A model generated the notes under the pieces. It saw nothing but the letters and a program-made list of their open reading frames with translations. It did not search any database and was not told where the DNA came from. From the human T2T-CHM13v2.0 reference genome, Homo sapiens, in assembly GCF_009914755.1 (NCBI RefSeq), contig NC_060943.1: a stretch of 64,000 nt of DNA; one strand, written 5' to 3'. Positions 49,620 to 64,000 of the stretch are shown one piece after another. A program made the translations under genes and the position numbers. The number at the start of each line of letters is the position of its first letter. Within the stretch, counting starts at the first letter, position 1.

Positions 49620-50060
49620 GGTGTTTTTCAGGGTGCACATCCTGGGAAGGGCATGGCCAGGGAAACTTCCAAGGCGCAAGGCACTCTGCAGGTGGGACTG
49701 GGTTAGGATTTTGAGATGGGAGATCACCCTGGATGATCGGGGAGCCCAGTGTCCTCACAGGGTCCTCATGAGAGGAGGCAGCCGGGTGAGAGTCAGAGAC
49801 CGGAAGAGGCTGCTCTTGGCTGTGAGTGGGAAGGGGCCCAAGCTGAAGGATGTGGGCGCCTCTAAACGCTGGGAAAGGCAGGAACTGGATTCTCCCCTGG
49901 AGCCCCCAGGAGGGACCAGCCCTGCGCACACCTTGATGTTAGCCCAGTGAGGCCCCCATGTCGGGTTTCTGACCTCCAGAACCGTGAGAGAATCGATGTG
50001 GGTCGTTTCAAGCCACTGCACGTGTGTGATTCATTGCACAGCTCCAGGAGGCTCACACAG
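49620..50060 (+). mobile_element. MLT1C/D-like LTR
   Basis: GGATTTTGAGATGGGAGATCACCCTGGAT...GGAAAGGCAGGAACTGGATTCTCCCCTGGAGCC...TTCTGACCTCCAGAACCGTGAGAGAAT. Confidence 0.78.
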
Positions 50061-50099
50061 GCGGTGTTTTCCTGAGTTTCCACTGTGCAGATGAGAAGG

Positions 50100-51100
50100 C
50101 TGAAGCCAGGGCAGCCCCGGTCAAGCCCCCCGGACTGTCACAGGTCCTGGGAGGCGCCAGGGGCAGGGAGATGCGGCTGGGGGCGGGCGAGGCCCTGCAG
50201 CCTGGGCATGGGGCCGGCCCAGGGACAGGGCCCCCTCCCCGCAGGGCTGGATTTGCTGCGTCGCCAAATGCCGGGGCTGATCGGCTGCTGGGCGTGTGAC
50301 CCCGCGCCTTTGAAATCCGCAGAGCCACGGGTCGGGCCCTCCCGCCCCGCCCGCCGACCGCACCCGCGCTAGGCCAGTCCCCGGGCGCCGCCTCCTCCTC
50401 CTCCCGGCGGCCGGGGCTCTGGGCGCCCCCCACACGGTGTCCCGGGGTGACAGGAGGGTCGGAGAGCACGGACTCGGGGGTCCGGGCCGCGCGCCCTGGG
50501 AACCCCCTCCCCGGCGGCGGCCGCGCGCCTGCGCACTGGCTCCAGTGCCGGGGCCCCTTTGCCCCGGGGACGGGGAGAGGTTGCCGGGGCAACGCGTTTG
50601 CGTCAGCGAACCTGGCGCGGCGCCCGGGCTCAGAGGGCGAGGGAGGCGGGGCCCGGGCTCTGGACCAGTAGGACTCCAAATATTTAGTGTGGGGGCGTGG
50701 CCAGAGATCACGCTCCAGCCAATGGAATTGTTGTTGTCGGGGCCGCGCGATCAGGGCCTTGTGCCTCTTAAAGGGACCGTGCGCATTACTCCACACTTCG
50801 CTCGCCGCTGTGTTCTGGGCGGAGGCCTAGGGCTCAGGGTTGGGGGTCAGTGGGCCTGGCTGGGGGCAGAGGTAAGGGAGGGCGCAGACTCGGAGTTGGA
50901 GGTCAGCGGGCCGGGCCCAGCCCCACGTCCTCCTGTTTTGCCCGTTTGTGTGACTCTGGGTCCGGTCTCGGTCTCCCGAGCTTCAGTTTCCGCAGGTGCA
51001 CAGAGCTGGAGTTGCGGAGTTGTGGGCGCGATGCATTCACGGCTACTCCTCCCCTGGCGGGCGCCCCTGCATTTATGCAGCGCCCACGTTTTGCACTAGC
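50100..51100. promoter_or_regulatory. Orphan CpG island (promoter- or enhancer-like) between MKNK2 and MOB3A
   Basis: CpG-dense. NRF1 GCGCCTGCGCA 50525-50535; RFX palindrome GTTGCCGGGGCAAC 50580-50593; CCAAT 50719; GC boxes. Confidence 0.75.
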
Positions 51101-51914
51101 ACCCTATGCAACGACCGGTCTCTCTGCAGGTCACAGAGGAGCTGGGGGGGGTTGGGGGACCCCAGAAGGTGACCAGGCCTGGATGACCAGGACTGAACCG
51201 CAGGCCTTGGCCCTGCACCAACACCTCTTCCTCTGTGGCCAGGAAACATTCCTTCCAAGGACCCCTACTGGAGGGGGTGGGAGGGTTGGTCCCCCAGGTC
51301 CTCCAGGTCCCGGGCGCTGTGCAACTGAGTGAAAGCACAGAGGCAGGTGGTCAGAATCTGACCCCCAGCGGCCACAGCCACAACCCCTCACCCCAGGCAG
51401 GCCTCACTCTCCACTGTAGCCCTGATCAATGAATCACAAGTGAGGGGCAGGAAACGAGATTGAAGGACCCACGGTGTAGACAGCAGGGGAGGTGACCCCA
51501 CCAACCCACCCATCTGGCACCCTCTACGTCCCAAGTCTGGAGTGTCCCAGTGGCAGCCCTCAGGGCATGGATAGGCTGGAGGCCCGGCACCCCTGCCGAG
51601 GCTAGCCTAGAAGAATGGGGGTGGCCCCTTTGGCCATGGGAAGTGGTACATTCACAGATCGCGGGAATGACATGGGCATCTTTGGGGGCTGTGATTCAGC
51701 CGACCACAGAGTGTCTCAGGCTTCCCCCAAGGATCCCATCTTCACCATGTACCGCCCTCCTGCTGGGACCTTGGGGTCTCCTGTCTGCGGCCAGCCCAGG
51801 ACCCTACGAGTTCCTCATTCCTGCTTCTCTCAGGAGAGACCTTTTAAAGGTCTGCATTTCTCTTTGACTTTTTTTTCCGCAATAGTTTTCTTCATTATAG
51901 AAATACACACGCAG

Positions 51915-59962
<8,048 letters not shown>

Positions 59963-60069
59963 TGAGTAGCTGTCTAAAAAAAAAAAAAAAAGAAAGAAAA
60001 ATAAAAAAGATTTTCTCAGCCCCAAAGCCTGAGGCTCACCCCTAGGACAGGGCACCCTGTTAACACTGG

Positions 60070-62448
<2,379 letters not shown>

Positions 62449-62478
62449 TCAGTGGCACATCCGGGCGGTCATTTCTTT
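62449..62478 (-). CDS. MOB3A: MOB3A last coding exon (KEMTARMCH*); upstream exons lie beyond the right edge
   Basis: CTGATGTCTTGCTTGCTCTTTACAG|AAA GAA ATG ACC GCC CGG ATG TGC CAC TGA: branch-like CTGAT, pyrimidine tract and the MOB3A C-terminus; position fits the known gene order. Confidence 0.88.
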   Translation of the reverse strand, partial: KEMTARMCH

Positions 62479-62639
62479 CTGTAAAGAGCAAGCAAGACAT
62501 CAGCTCCCACCAGCCACTCCCAAAAGGGGTGATGCGAACAGCAGACACACGGAGACGCACAGGCAGAGAAACGGCAGCTGGGGGCTTCCCTGAACACCCA
62601 AACAACAAAAACCACACAGGCAATGGCACACCTGAGACC

Positions 62640-63390
<751 letters not shown>

Positions 63391-63610
63391 TTATACAGAC
63401 TGGGACACTAGAAGGAAAGTTCTGGAATACAGAAAAAAAGAAAAAGAAAAAAGAAAAGAAAAAGAAAGAAAAAAGAGGAAGACCCCACTACCATCTTTAG
63501 AGCCACTGAGTATGCAACTATTAATTTTAAATTTAGCAAAATGTTTACCAGTAGCAAAGCCTGAAAGGGGATGCACAAAAATGAGGAAGTTATGTGAAGA
63601 TGTTTTTAGT

Positions 63611-64000
<390 letters not shown>

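Noticed and set aside
50053-51099. 196-247 aa ORFs across the orphan CpG island
   Set aside because: Expected in very GC-rich DNA; Pro/Arg/Gly-biased with no domain. The island is reported as regulatory instead.

Overview
Primate (human-type) genomic DNA that is GC-rich and very Alu-dense. From the encoded proteins I recognise it as the chr19p13.3 BTBD2-MKNK2-MOB3A interval, with all three genes on the minus strand. It holds: (1) coding exon 1 and the start of intron 1 of BTBD2 (ATG at 4194); (2) the whole 14-exon MKNK2 (MNK2 kinase) gene (~26540-40315), whose 13 coding exons I phased by hand to 465 aa (isoform a, exon 14a) or 414 aa (isoform b, exon 14b); (3) the last exon of MOB3A (codons KEMTARMCH* plus a ~2.4 kb 3'UTR). 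Most other ORFs in the track are Alu or low-complexity artefacts. The best leads are these: a stop-free 257-codon frame in the distal MOB3A 3'UTR, with in-phase candidate acceptors and a stop inside the AATAAA (possible alternative last exon); an NF-Y/Sp promoter-like module inside MKNK2 intron 10 that could produce a kinase-dead C-lobe protein; an orphan CpG island at ~50.1-51.1 kb with a promoter-plus-donor layout; a convergent CTCF motif pair bracketing MKNK2; a GC-box minisatellite at 23.2-23.6 kb; a pure-purine 38-bp VNTR next to the BTBD2 start; and several local duplication or gene-conversion scars. There are no prokaryotic-type systems, CRISPR arrays, tRNA or rRNA genes. Repeat subfamily names and boundaries were judged by eye and are approximate.
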